Source: an uncultured Pelagibacteraceae bacterium
Lineage (GTDB): Bacteria; Pseudomonadota; Alphaproteobacteria; Pelagibacterales; AG-422-B15
Reading direction: 5' to 3'
Assembly (NCBI GenBank): GCA_902526565.1
Contig: CABZLP010000001.1
Location: 133,048-197,047, forward strand
DNA length: 64,000 bases
Shown here: in pieces, positions 30,859 through 40,432 of the stretch
How positions within the stretch are numbered: position 1 is the stretch's first letter
Layout of the letters: each line of letters begins with the position of its first letter
Made by a program: the position numbers and the translations under genes
The notes under the pieces: model-generated
Seen by the model: only the letters and a program-made list of their open reading frames with translations
Told to the model about the DNA's origin: nothing
The model's database searches: none

Positions 30859-31782
30859 ATGAGTATTTATCTGCCAATTGCAGAGCTCTCAATTAATATA
30901 ATTTTACTACTATCAATAGGTGGTGTTGTCGGTTTTTTGTCAGGTATGTTTGGTTTAGGTGGAGGATTTTTAATGACCCCTATCCTCATATTTATAGGTA
31001 TTCCAACAAATGTGGCTGTAGCAACATCAGCTAATCAAATTGTCGCTTCATCAATTTCTGGAACAATTGGTTACTGGCGACAAGGCTTAGTTGATTTCAA
31101 AATGGGCGGTGTCTTGCTAATAGGCTCATTCTTTGGATCTATATTAGGCGTGTGGATTTTTAGTAGATTAGTCGTCCTCGGTCAAATTGATACTGTCATA
31201 TCAATTCTATATTTTGCTCTTCTTACTTCAATTGGTATAATTATGCTCATTGAAAGCTCTCAAGTCATCAGGGATAGAGTAAGAAGAAAAACAGTAAAGA
31301 GAAAAATTCATTATCATAACTGGGCACATAAATTACCATTCAAAATGAAATTCTATAAATCAAAATTATATATTAGCGCAATACCCCCTATCATTATTGG
31401 ATTCGTTATTGGCATTTTGTCTGCAACAATGGGTATTGGTGGTACATTCATATTAATCCCTGCCATGATTTATTTTCTTGGAATGCCAACATCCAAGGTA
31501 ATCGGAACATCATTATTTCAAATTATATTTGTTACTGCACTTGTAACATTACTCCATGCAACAACTACATTTGCTGTTGATGCAGTTTTAGCATTCTTTC
31601 TGATAATCGCCTCTGTTGTCGGTGCACAATTAGGAGTATTAGCTGCTAATAAATTAAGAGGTGAAGAAATTAGAGCGCTTCTTGCAATTATTGTATTGGG
31701 AGTTGCAGTAAAAATAGCACTCGACTTACTAGTGGAACCAAACGAGATTTTTAATATTTCTGTAATTAGGGCTTTGTTCTAA
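30859..31782 (+). CDS. Sulfite exporter TauE/SafE family membrane protein
   Basis: IYLPIAE start, GMFGLGGGFLMTP, GIGGTFILIP. Confidence 0.85.
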   Translation: MSIYLPIAELSINIILLLSIGGVVGFLSGMFGLGGGFLMTPILIFIGIPTNVAVATSANQIVASSISGTIGYWRQGLVDFKMGGVLLIGSFFGSILGVWIFSRLVVLGQIDTVISILYFALLTSIGIIMLIESSQVIRDRVRRKTVKRKIHYHNWAHKLPFKMKFYKSKLYISAIPPIIIGFVIGILSATMGIGGTFILIPAMIYFLGMPTSKVIGTSLFQIIFVTALVTLLHATTTFAVDAVLAFFLIIASVVGAQLGVLAANKLRGEEIRALLAIIVLGVAVKIALDLLVEPNEIFNISVIRALF

Positions 31783-31783
31783 A

Positions 31784-32572
31784 ATGAATTTTAAAATATT
31801 TTTATTAATCAAATTATTTGTATTATTTTTAATCTCGTCAGCCTCAGCGCTTGTGATTGGATCTGATGAAGAAGAAATATACATTGATGCCAATTTTTCA
31901 GGGAAAAACCTTCTTGTTTTTGGAGCATTTTATTCAGATCCCTCGCAAGCAAGAGATGATAAGAGTGATATTCTTATTGAAGTAGTTGGTCCATCTGAGG
32001 ATGTAGTTATAAGGAAAAAAGAGTCTTTCTTTGGTTTCTGGCTGAATTCAAAAAGTGTTAGGTTTAATGATGTTCCTGGATTTTATTACCTATCAAGCAC
32101 AAATAAGATAACTAATGAATTTTTAAATGAAAACAAAATTGGCCTATTAAATAAAAAAGATACTCAACTTATAGACTGGAGTGCATTAAATATTGACTGG
32201 GGAAATATCAAAAATCAAAAAGAAAAAGACACATTTTATGATGCACTAATAAGAACAAAAGAGAGTGAAGATGTGTACAGAAAGGTCAGTGGAGAAATTC
32301 AAATAATTGATGGAAATTTATTTAGATCTTATATTGAAATACCCAACACTGTTCCTGTCGGCCAATACAAGGTTAATTTGTATTTGATCATAGATAATAA
32401 AATTTCGAATGAATATTCTTATAATTTTATGGTAACCAGAGTCGGTATTGAAGAAGCAATCTATTCCTTTTCAAAAAACTATCCTTTAATTTACGGATTG
32501 ATTTCTCTTCTAATAGCTATACTTATAGGCGTGAGCGGTGCAGAAGTATTTAAAAGATTTAGAAAAGTTTAA
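31784..32572 (+). CDS. TIGR02186 family alphaproteobacterial transmembrane protein
   Basis: F.G..L.VFGA, RKK...FWLN, C-terminal YG-TM; conserved partner of the TauE gene. Confidence 0.8.
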   Translation: MNFKIFLLIKLFVLFLISSASALVIGSDEEEIYIDANFSGKNLLVFGAFYSDPSQARDDKSDILIEVVGPSEDVVIRKKESFFGFWLNSKSVRFNDVPGFYYLSSTNKITNEFLNENKIGLLNKKDTQLIDWSALNIDWGNIKNQKEKDTFYDALIRTKESEDVYRKVSGEIQIIDGNLFRSYIEIPNTVPVGQYKVNLYLIIDNKISNEYSYNFMVTRVGIEEAIYSFSKNYPLIYGLISLLIAILIGVSGAEVFKRFRKV

Positions 32573-33303
32573 TGGCAGAAATATCATACTTTTACGTTGT
32601 CCTAGCAGGACTACTCAGTTTTTTGTCACCCTGTGTATTACCTATTGTGCCTGGTTATTTGTGTTTTTTGGCGGGTACAAGTTTAGACAAGATTGTCTCG
32701 GGTGAGGACGCTTCTAAAGAAAGGAATGTATTTTATTTTGCGTTAAGTTTTGTTTTTGGATTTTCTACCGTATTCATTTTATTGGGCGCGTCAGCTACTT
32801 TATTAAGTGGCCTAATTTATGAATACCTAGATATATTGAGAATTGTTGGTGGAATTATTATTATTATTTTTGGTATTCATTTTATGCAAATTATCCAAAT
32901 TCCATTTTTAAATAGAGATACAAGGTACCAAATTGAAAGCTATAGACCTGGAATAGTTGGATCTTACGTAATTGGACTCTCTTTTGCCTTTGGATGGACG
33001 CCTTGTATAGGACCAATTTTAGGTAGTGTATTATCAATAGCGGCAAGTTCAGAAACCGTTACTTATGGGATTGTACTTTTAATGTTCTACTCAGCAGGTC
33101 TTGGTATTCCATTTCTACTCGCTGCATATGCTATTAATGGCTTCATGAGATTTTTATCAAGAATAAGAAATTATATTAGAGCTATAGAAATTTTTACTGG
33201 TGTATTACTTGTAATATTTGGTATTCTCATCTTAACTAATAGAATTCAAGAATTGGCATTCTTTTTTATAAAGTATTTTCCATTCTTAACGCAATTTGGA
33301 TAA
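32572..33303 (+). CDS. ccdA: Cytochrome c biogenesis protein CcdA
   Basis: SFLSPCVLP and FGWTPCIGP Cys motifs. Confidence 0.9.
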   Translation: MAEISYFYVVLAGLLSFLSPCVLPIVPGYLCFLAGTSLDKIVSGEDASKERNVFYFALSFVFGFSTVFILLGASATLLSGLIYEYLDILRIVGGIIIIIFGIHFMQIIQIPFLNRDTRYQIESYRPGIVGSYVIGLSFAFGWTPCIGPILGSVLSIAASSETVTYGIVLLMFYSAGLGIPFLLAAYAINGFMRFLSRIRNYIRAIEIFTGVLLVIFGILILTNRIQELAFFFIKYFPFLTQFG

Positions 33304-33313
33304 AGGAGTAAAT

Positions 33314-34189
33314 ATGTTTCAAAAAGATTTATTAAAAGATAAAAGAATTTTGATTTCTGGTGGAGGGTCTGGCCTTGGAAAAGCAATGTCTACAAGATAT
33401 TTAGAGCTTGGGGCAGATATCTATATTTGCGGTAGAAGAAAATCTGTTTTAGATGAAACTGCAAAAGAATTAATGGATTTACACGGTGGATCAGTGAAAG
33501 CTATTTCATGTGATATTAAAGTCCCTGAGGCCATCGAGGATATGGTTAGTGAAATTTGGAGTGAAGGACCTCTCACTGGACTACTAAACAATGCAGCGGG
33601 TAATTTTATTTCTAGAACAGAAGATTTGTCTCCAAGAGCTTTTACTGCTATTTCCAATATAGTTTTTAATGGAACTTTTTATATGACTAATGCCATTGGT
33701 AAAAGATGGTTAAAAGAAAAACTAAAAGGAAGTATTATTTCTATTCTAACTACTTGGGTTGACAGTAGTGGACCTTATACAGTTCCATCGGCGATGTCGA
33801 AATCTGGCTTAGCGACAATGACAAGGTCACTAGCTGCTGAATGGGGAAATAGAGGAATAAGACTAAATGGAATTGCTCCAGGTCCATTTCCTACAAAGGG
33901 AGCTTGGGATCGATTGGTACCTGGAGGTAAGGGAGCAGACTTAATGAATTCAGTTCCCATGAAGAGAACTGGTGAATTAAGTGAACTTGCAAATCTTGCA
34001 ACTTTTTTAATGGCAGATGGCTGTGAATATTTAACAGGTGAAATTGTTGCGATAGATGGTGCTCAATGGCTAAACCATGCAGGAAATTTCTATGAAATGT
34101 TAAAAGATGTAACTGATCAGGAGTGGGAAATGCTAAGAAATATGATTAAATCATCAAATGATGCTGATAAGGCAAAAAGATCAGTTTAA
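33314..34189 (+). CDS. SDR, 2,4-dienoyl-CoA reductase (DECR)-like
   Basis: GGGSGLG, NNAAGNFIS, IAPGP; SD AAGGAG before ATG 33314. Confidence 0.8.
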   Translation: MFQKDLLKDKRILISGGGSGLGKAMSTRYLELGADIYICGRRKSVLDETAKELMDLHGGSVKAISCDIKVPEAIEDMVSEIWSEGPLTGLLNNAAGNFISRTEDLSPRAFTAISNIVFNGTFYMTNAIGKRWLKEKLKGSIISILTTWVDSSGPYTVPSAMSKSGLATMTRSLAAEWGNRGIRLNGIAPGPFPTKGAWDRLVPGGKGADLMNSVPMKRTGELSELANLATFLMADGCEYLTGEIVAIDGAQWLNHAGNFYEMLKDVTDQEWEMLRNMIKSSNDADKAKRSV

Positions 34190-34989
34190 ATAAAAGTATC
34201 TTTGAAAAGTTTTTTGCTCGTTCTTCTTATGAAAGAAGGAATAAAGCGCATAAAGAATGAAGCAAGATTTGCTTCTAATCCTACAGTATGATGGATTTTC
34301 TTACTTTTATAAGCCAGCCAGACTTTGTCAACGACTTTTGAGACCGGATATATCTTAGTTCGCTCATTTACAAAATCTCGTTCCCATTGACTTTGCATAT
34401 CAGATGACACGTTTCTCGCCTCAAGTATTGGCGTTTCTGTAAACCATGGATTAATTTCAGAAACTCTTATGCCATGTCTTTCATATTCAATTCTTAAAGA
34501 CTCAGTTAGTGAACTTACTGCATGCTTGGTTGCTCCATAGATAGCGATACCAGGTGTAGGTACTAGCCCTGCTACGGAACTGGTATTTAAAAGAAGACTA
34601 TTCTTTGTATTCTTTAATAAATTCAGCATCGAAATACATCCATTTGCAACTCCTTTAAAATTAACATCTATTATTTTATAAATTTCATCGACAGGTACGT
34701 CTTCAAAAGCTCCAGCAAAATTAGCTATGCCTGCATTATTAAAAAAAATATTGCATCTTCCAGATGTATATTCTGAAAAACTTTTTTCAGCTTCTTTCCA
34801 CTCCTGAATGCTGGTCACATCTAGCTTTTGATACATGCATTTGTTATGTCCAATTAAATTAGCTACTTCTTTGAGACCTTCCTCATTGATATCAAACAAA
34901 CCAACATTCCATCCTTTTTCAGCAAATGATATTGCAGTTGCTTTGCCAATGCCAGAGGCTGCCCCAGTAATAAATATACTTTTTGCCAT
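34186..34989 (-). CDS. Classical short-chain dehydrogenase/reductase
   Basis: TGAASGIG, NNAG, YGATK. Confidence 0.9.
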   Translation of the reverse strand: MAKSIFITGAASGIGKATAISFAEKGWNVGLFDINEEGLKEVANLIGHNKCMYQKLDVTSIQEWKEAEKSFSEYTSGRCNIFFNNAGIANFAGAFEDVPVDEIYKIIDVNFKGVANGCISMLNLLKNTKNSLLLNTSSVAGLVPTPGIAIYGATKHAVSSLTESLRIEYERHGIRVSEINPWFTETPILEARNVSSDMQSQWERDFVNERTKIYPVSKVVDKVWLAYKSKKIHHTVGLEANLASFFMRFIPSFIRRTSKKLFKDTFI

Positions 34990-34992
34990 AAA

Positions 34993-35607
34993 TTATAAGC
35001 CCTTCAAAAAAAGTTTAGTCGCAAAATTTGAAGCATCATCGGGAGATACATCACTGCGTGTCAACATTTCATCACCAAGATTTATACATACTGCCATGAT
35101 AGATGTGATCATAAAAGAAATATCGTTTTGAGGAAATTTTGTTTTTTTTGATAGATTAATCACGAATTCATATAAATTATTAGTAAATCTAGCATACTCC
35201 TTTGAATGAGCCGAAAGCCACTTTAAGTCTAATATGTATTTTCTATTATTTTTTATAAACAAGTAATTTTCTTCTTCATCTAAAATCCAATTAAACCAAC
35301 TAGTAAATGCTATCTCAACAGTCTGATCGAAAGATTGAGCTTTATTTATTTTTTTCATAAAGAAATTGCTGAAATCACTTACTAGCCTTTCAATGATTAT
35401 TAAAAAAACTGCATTTTTATCATCAAAATAATTATAAAATGTACCAGAACCAAGTTTAGCGATTGAAACAATTTCTCTAACACTTGCATTATCGATACTT
35501 TTTTCGGTAAGAATCTTTCTTGAGGAAGTTATTATAGACTCTCGATTATTTTTTTTATTAATTTGTCTTTTTCTTTGATGAAATGGAATATCCATTATTT
35601 TGTTCAT
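34993..35607 (-). CDS. TetR/AcrR family transcriptional regulator
   Basis: SVREIV...GSGTFYNYFDDK helix-turn-helix. Confidence 0.85.
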   Translation of the reverse strand: MNKIMDIPFHQRKRQINKKNNRESIITSSRKILTEKSIDNASVREIVSIAKLGSGTFYNYFDDKNAVFLIIIERLVSDFSNFFMKKINKAQSFDQTVEIAFTSWFNWILDEEENYLFIKNNRKYILDLKWLSAHSKEYARFTNNLYEFVINLSKKTKFPQNDISFMITSIMAVCINLGDEMLTRSDVSPDDASNFATKLFLKGL

Positions 35608-36647
35608 GAATGAATTATACCTACAGCATCTGAGATACTTTTGTGTCCATCATTTTGTAAAAGATATGATAAATCCTTTTTAATTTTATTTATCATTTGA
35701 GGTCCATTGAAAGTAAGTGCTGTATACAATTGAACTAATGACGCGCCCAACTTAATTTTAGTGTAAACATCTTCTGCATTAGAAATGCCTCCAACACCAA
35801 TAAGAAGTAATTCTCCATTTGTTTCTTTTGAGAGGAAACTTAACACTTTATTTGATAATTCTTTAAGTGGCTGTCCTGAAATGCCCCCTTCTTCATCTTT
35901 ATACTCGTCTCTTAAATCTTGAGGACGAGAAATAGTTGTATTAGTAGCAATTATGCCGTCGATCTTATATTTCTGAACTAAATTAAGTATCATACTGTAA
36001 TGCTGTTTAGTATTATCAGGATCAATTTTTAGGATAATATTTTTTTGTGTCTTCATATTTTTTCTTAATTGGGACAATTCGCTAAGCAGTGTATTCAATG
36101 TATCGTGCTCTTGGATCATTCTTAAATTCTTGGTATTAGGTGAAGATACATTTACTGTAACGTAATCTGAATAATCAACTACTTGGGAATATAAATTGAT
36201 ATAATCATCAACGAAATTTTCTGTGTCTTTGTTGGGACCAATATTTGCTCCAAGGACTCCATTTTTGTTTGATTTACTCATATTCGTCAAAAACTTTTCA
36301 ATGCCATTATTATTAAAGCCTAATCTATTTATAATAGCTTTATCTGATGCTAATCTGAATACCCTAGGTTTAACATTTCCAAATTGAGGTCTTGGCGTAA
36401 CAGTTCCACACTCGGTGAAACCAAATCCTAAATTGAATAATGAATTTATAACTTCAGCATTTTTATCAAATCCTGCAGCCATTCCGATAGGATTCTTAAA
36501 ACATAGTCCATTAATATCATTACTTAAAATAGAGAAATCATTATTGCTTTCAATAAATGGATTTGGAAGTTTAAGCGCATTTATTGTTAAGTTGTGAGCA
36601 AGTTCAGGGTCAAGGGTCTTAAGTATATTAAAAAATATCCTTCTCAT
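35604..36647 (-). CDS. pyrD: Quinone-dependent dihydroorotate dehydrogenase
   Basis: AAGFDKNAE, INRLGFNN, NVSSPNT, SLVQLYT. Confidence 0.95.
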   Translation of the reverse strand: MRRIFFNILKTLDPELAHNLTINALKLPNPFIESNNDFSILSNDINGLCFKNPIGMAAGFDKNAEVINSLFNLGFGFTECGTVTPRPQFGNVKPRVFRLASDKAIINRLGFNNNGIEKFLTNMSKSNKNGVLGANIGPNKDTENFVDDYINLYSQVVDYSDYVTVNVSSPNTKNLRMIQEHDTLNTLLSELSQLRKNMKTQKNIILKIDPDNTKQHYSMILNLVQKYKIDGIIATNTTISRPQDLRDEYKDEEGGISGQPLKELSNKVLSFLSKETNGELLLIGVGGISNAEDVYTKIKLGASLVQLYTALTFNGPQMINKIKKDLSYLLQNDGHKSISDAVGIIHS

Positions 36648-36655
36648 TTAAATTT

Positions 36656-38209
36656 TTATTTCAACTTTTCTTCGATCAACTTAATTGTCTGTTTTATTCC
36701 ATATATCGCAATAAAAGTACCAAATCTAGGTCCGTCCTCTTTGCCAAAAAGCACTTGATAAATAAGTTTAAACCAATCCCTGAGGTTTTCAAATTTGTGA
36801 TCTTTCCCTATTTGATATATTTCAGTTTGGATGGTTTCAGCATCTGCATTTTCTGCCTGACTACGCAATCTACTAATCAGATCCTCAAAGATTTTTCTTT
36901 CTTCGCGAGACGGGGTTTTATAATTTATTTGTTCTGAGGTAACATCTCTTTCAAAATTAATCACCCCTTTAATTAAATTATTAATAAATTCACTATTAGA
37001 ACTAATATTTTCATCATATTTCTTAACAAAATCTAAAATAATTTCAGGATCATTTTTTCCGCTCGCAGCAACAAGATTTAATATAAGGTTGTAGGTTACA
37101 TTTACATTTCCTATGGTGTTTTCACCGTTCATAATATGCCAAACTGGATTTTCAATTTTCTCATGATCAGATTGAGTATTAAATTTATTTAAATGACTTA
37201 GGAATTCATCAGATGACTTTGGAATGATATCATGAAAGAGTTTCTTGGCTCTTCTTGGGTTTTGATACATAAAATAACTCAATGTTTCTTTAGGTGCGTA
37301 TGACAACCATTCCTCTATAGTTAATCCATTGCCTTTAGACTTCGATATTTTTTCCCCATTTTGATCTAGAAACAATTCGTAAAAATAGTTCTCTGGAGGT
37401 GAATAACCAAGTGCTCTACTTACTTTTGAAGAAAGCTGAAACGTTGGTATTAAATCTTTGCCGTACATTTCATAATCAATGTCAAGAGCGCCCCATCTCA
37501 TTGCCCAATCAACTTTCCATTGAAGTTTACATTTTCCTTTTAAAATAGATTGCTCAACTTCTTTATTTTTACTTATATATGTTACTGTATTGTTATCAGG
37601 ATTAATTGAAATAATTTCAACTTCCAGAACATGTCCAGTGTCTGGACATATCGGAAGGAATGGACTATATGTTTTTTTTCTTTCTTCTCCTAATGTTGGT
37701 AGAATAATATTTTTAATTGATTCATAATTATTCAATACATTAATAAGTTGATCATCAAAGTACCCTGAAGTATAAAGTTCAGTCGAACTTTTAAATGTAT
37801 ATTTAAAATCAAATTTATCTAAAAATTCTTGTAACATTTCATTATTATGGTCACCGAAACTCTTACTTATCTCAAATGGATCTGGTATTGATGTGAGTGG
37901 CTTATGTAGATTTTCCTCTAATATTTTCTGGTTAGGGATATTATCAGGTACTTTTCGAAGTCCATCCATATCATCAGAAAAGGCAATAAGTTCTACTTCA
38001 ATTTCTGATAATGATTTTATAGCATTTAGAATCATTGTTGTTCTGGCGACCTCACCAAATGTACCAATATGAGGTAATCCACTTGGACCATAACCAGTTT
38101 GTAATCTAATTTTTTGCTTGTTATTGCTTTCAGCTTTTTTTATTATTTTCTTAGCCTCAACAAATGGCCATGCTTTTGCATCTTTACTAATTTCACGTAT
38201 TGACTGCAT
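36656..38209 (-). CDS. lysS: Class I lysyl-tRNA synthetase
   Basis: GYGPSGLPHIGTF (HIGH-like), KISKSKGN, GPRFG; start uncertain (38209 to 38236). Confidence 0.93.
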   Translation of the reverse strand: MQSIREISKDAKAWPFVEAKKIIKKAESNNKQKIRLQTGYGPSGLPHIGTFGEVARTTMILNAIKSLSEIEVELIAFSDDMDGLRKVPDNIPNQKILEENLHKPLTSIPDPFEISKSFGDHNNEMLQEFLDKFDFKYTFKSSTELYTSGYFDDQLINVLNNYESIKNIILPTLGEERKKTYSPFLPICPDTGHVLEVEIISINPDNNTVTYISKNKEVEQSILKGKCKLQWKVDWAMRWGALDIDYEMYGKDLIPTFQLSSKVSRALGYSPPENYFYELFLDQNGEKISKSKGNGLTIEEWLSYAPKETLSYFMYQNPRRAKKLFHDIIPKSSDEFLSHLNKFNTQSDHEKIENPVWHIMNGENTIGNVNVTYNLILNLVAASGKNDPEIILDFVKKYDENISSNSEFINNLIKGVINFERDVTSEQINYKTPSREERKIFEDLISRLRSQAENADAETIQTEIYQIGKDHKFENLRDWFKLIYQVLFGKEDGPRFGTFIAIYGIKQTIKLIEEKLK

Positions 38210-38362
38210 ATTTATCGACATTACCATATTATTCATGTAAATCGCTGAAAAATTAACAAAATTTATATATTATTGTCTATTCATATAATTTATTGGTTTT
38301 TTTCATAAATAATAAAACTATATATTTTATAGATTTTCATATAGTAATCTGACTTCAAAATC

Positions 38363-38968
38363 ATGAAAAAAAAGAAAAATACAAAGCCTACTCGTCAGGA
38401 AGCAGAGGCAGCAGTTAAAACCCTATTATCTTTTGTGGGAGAGAATGCAGAACGACCCGGCTTACTAGAGACTCCTAAAAGAGTTGTCAAGGCCTATGAA
38501 GATTGGTTTTCAGGTTATAATGATGATCCTAAAGAAGTTTTAAAAAAAACTTTTGATGAACTTGAGGGTTATGATGAAATTATTTTACTGCGGGACATTA
38601 GGATTGAATCACACTGTGAGCATCATATTGCACCTTTTATCGGTTCGGCGCATGTCGCTTATTTGCCGAATAAAAGAGTAGTAGGAATAAGTAAGCTTGC
38701 AAGAATTACACGTATTTACATGAAAAGAATGCAAATTCAAGAAAAGCTAACTGCTCAAATCGCTAATTGTATTCAAGATGTGCTAAAACCAAAAGGTGTG
38801 GCAGTTGTTGTTGAAGCACAGCATCAATGTATGACAACAAGAGGAATTGGTACACCAGGCATTTCCATGGTCACAAGTCAGCTTTTGGGTAAGTTTAGAA
38901 CCGACTCATCTACAAGGAGAGAGTTTTATAGTATGATCAACCAAGGATCTATTCTTAAAAAAAATTAA
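38363..38968 (+). CDS. folE: GTP cyclohydrolase I
   Basis: SHCEHH, GISKL, HQCMTTRG. Confidence 0.95.
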   Translation: MKKKKNTKPTRQEAEAAVKTLLSFVGENAERPGLLETPKRVVKAYEDWFSGYNDDPKEVLKKTFDELEGYDEIILLRDIRIESHCEHHIAPFIGSAHVAYLPNKRVVGISKLARITRIYMKRMQIQEKLTAQIANCIQDVLKPKGVAVVVEAQHQCMTTRGIGTPGISMVTSQLLGKFRTDSSTRREFYSMINQGSILKKN

Positions 38969-38980
38969 TAAATTAATTTA

Positions 38981-40432
38981 ATGATAAATTTTAAGATAAT
39001 ACTTAATGTATTAGGGTATCTTTTAATTGCTCTTAGTCTCGTCATGCTTATTCCCATGATAATTGATCTTGGAATGGGTAATAATACTTGGAAGTCGTTT
39101 ATCATTAGTGCAATTATAACATTTGGATTTGGTGTTACATTCGTAATTTCTACGCGTAATGAAGAAAATAATAAAATTTTGATGCAGGATGCATTTTTAA
39201 TTACATCATTATCTTGGTTATCAATTAGTATATTTGCTGCTTTCCCTTTTTATTTTGCTGAAAACAGTTTGAATATTACAAATTCGATATTTGAGTCAAT
39301 GTCAGGCATTACAACAACTGGGTCAAGTGTAATCCAAAATGTTGAGTCATTAACTGAGGGAATGTTAATATGGAGAAGTTTATTGCAATGGGTGGGTGGT
39401 ATTGGAATTATTGTAATGGCTGTGAGCATTTTACCTGTTCTTCGGGTTGGAGGAATGCAAGTATTTAGAGCAGAAAGCTCGGACACAACAGATAAAATTC
39501 TACCCAGAACAACACAAATAGCCTCTGCCGTTATCTTAATTTATTTTATACTCACTTTAGTTTGCGTGGTTGCATATTGGTTAGGGGGAATGAACTTCTT
39601 TGATGCGCTACTGCACTCAATGACCACAATTGCAACTGGTGGATTTTCAACTCAAAATAATTCATTTGCTAGTTTTAACAGTAAGTCCTTGGAGTATGTT
39701 GCAATAATTTTTATGTTACTGAGTAGTCTTCCAATTTTAATTTATCTTGAAGCATTCAAAGATGGATTTAAAAGAATAATTACGGACACACAGATACTTA
39801 CATTTCTAGGGATAGTATTTTTTAGCTCCCTTTTTGTGATTCTATATTTATGGTTCATGGAAATAAAAGATATAGAAGAAGCAATTAGAAGTGGAGCATT
39901 TAATGTTATTTCTATAATTACTGGAACCGGTTATACATCCGATAATTATAATTTATGGGGACCATTTCCAATTTATCTTTTATTTTTTGGAATGTTTATA
40001 GGAGGTTGTGCTGGTTCAACAACATGTGGGATAAAAGTATTTAGATTTCAAATATTGTTTCAAACATTAAAAATGCAAATTCAAAAACTACTTCATCCTC
40101 ATGGTGTTTTTGTTCCTCACTATAATCATAAAAAAATTGAAGATGATGTAACTTCTTCTGTAATGAGCTTTTTCTTTATATTTATTTTAAGCTTTATTGT
40201 TATTACATTATTACTTTCTACAACAGAGCTAGATTTTGTAACTAGTTTGTCAGCTGCCGCAACATCACTCGCAAATGTTGGACCTGGTCTTGGTGAAATG
40301 ATTGGTCCTGAGAATTCCTTTTATGAAATTAGTACATTTGCAAAATGGGTATTAATTTTTTCAATGTTATTAGGAAGACTTGAGATACTCACAGTTCTAG
40401 TGATACTTCATCCTGCCTTTTGGAAAAAATAA
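38981..40432 (+). CDS. trkH: TrkH family potassium uptake protein
   Basis: FESMSGITTTG, ATGGFS, GGCAGST, NVGPG, LGRLE. Confidence 0.93.
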   Translation: MINFKIILNVLGYLLIALSLVMLIPMIIDLGMGNNTWKSFIISAIITFGFGVTFVISTRNEENNKILMQDAFLITSLSWLSISIFAAFPFYFAENSLNITNSIFESMSGITTTGSSVIQNVESLTEGMLIWRSLLQWVGGIGIIVMAVSILPVLRVGGMQVFRAESSDTTDKILPRTTQIASAVILIYFILTLVCVVAYWLGGMNFFDALLHSMTTIATGGFSTQNNSFASFNSKSLEYVAIIFMLLSSLPILIYLEAFKDGFKRIITDTQILTFLGIVFFSSLFVILYLWFMEIKDIEEAIRSGAFNVISIITGTGYTSDNYNLWGPFPIYLLFFGMFIGGCAGSTTCGIKVFRFQILFQTLKMQIQKLLHPHGVFVPHYNHKKIEDDVTSSVMSFFFIFILSFIVITLLLSTTELDFVTSLSAAATSLANVGPGLGEMIGPENSFYEISTFAKWVLIFSMLLGRLEILTVLVILHPAFWKK

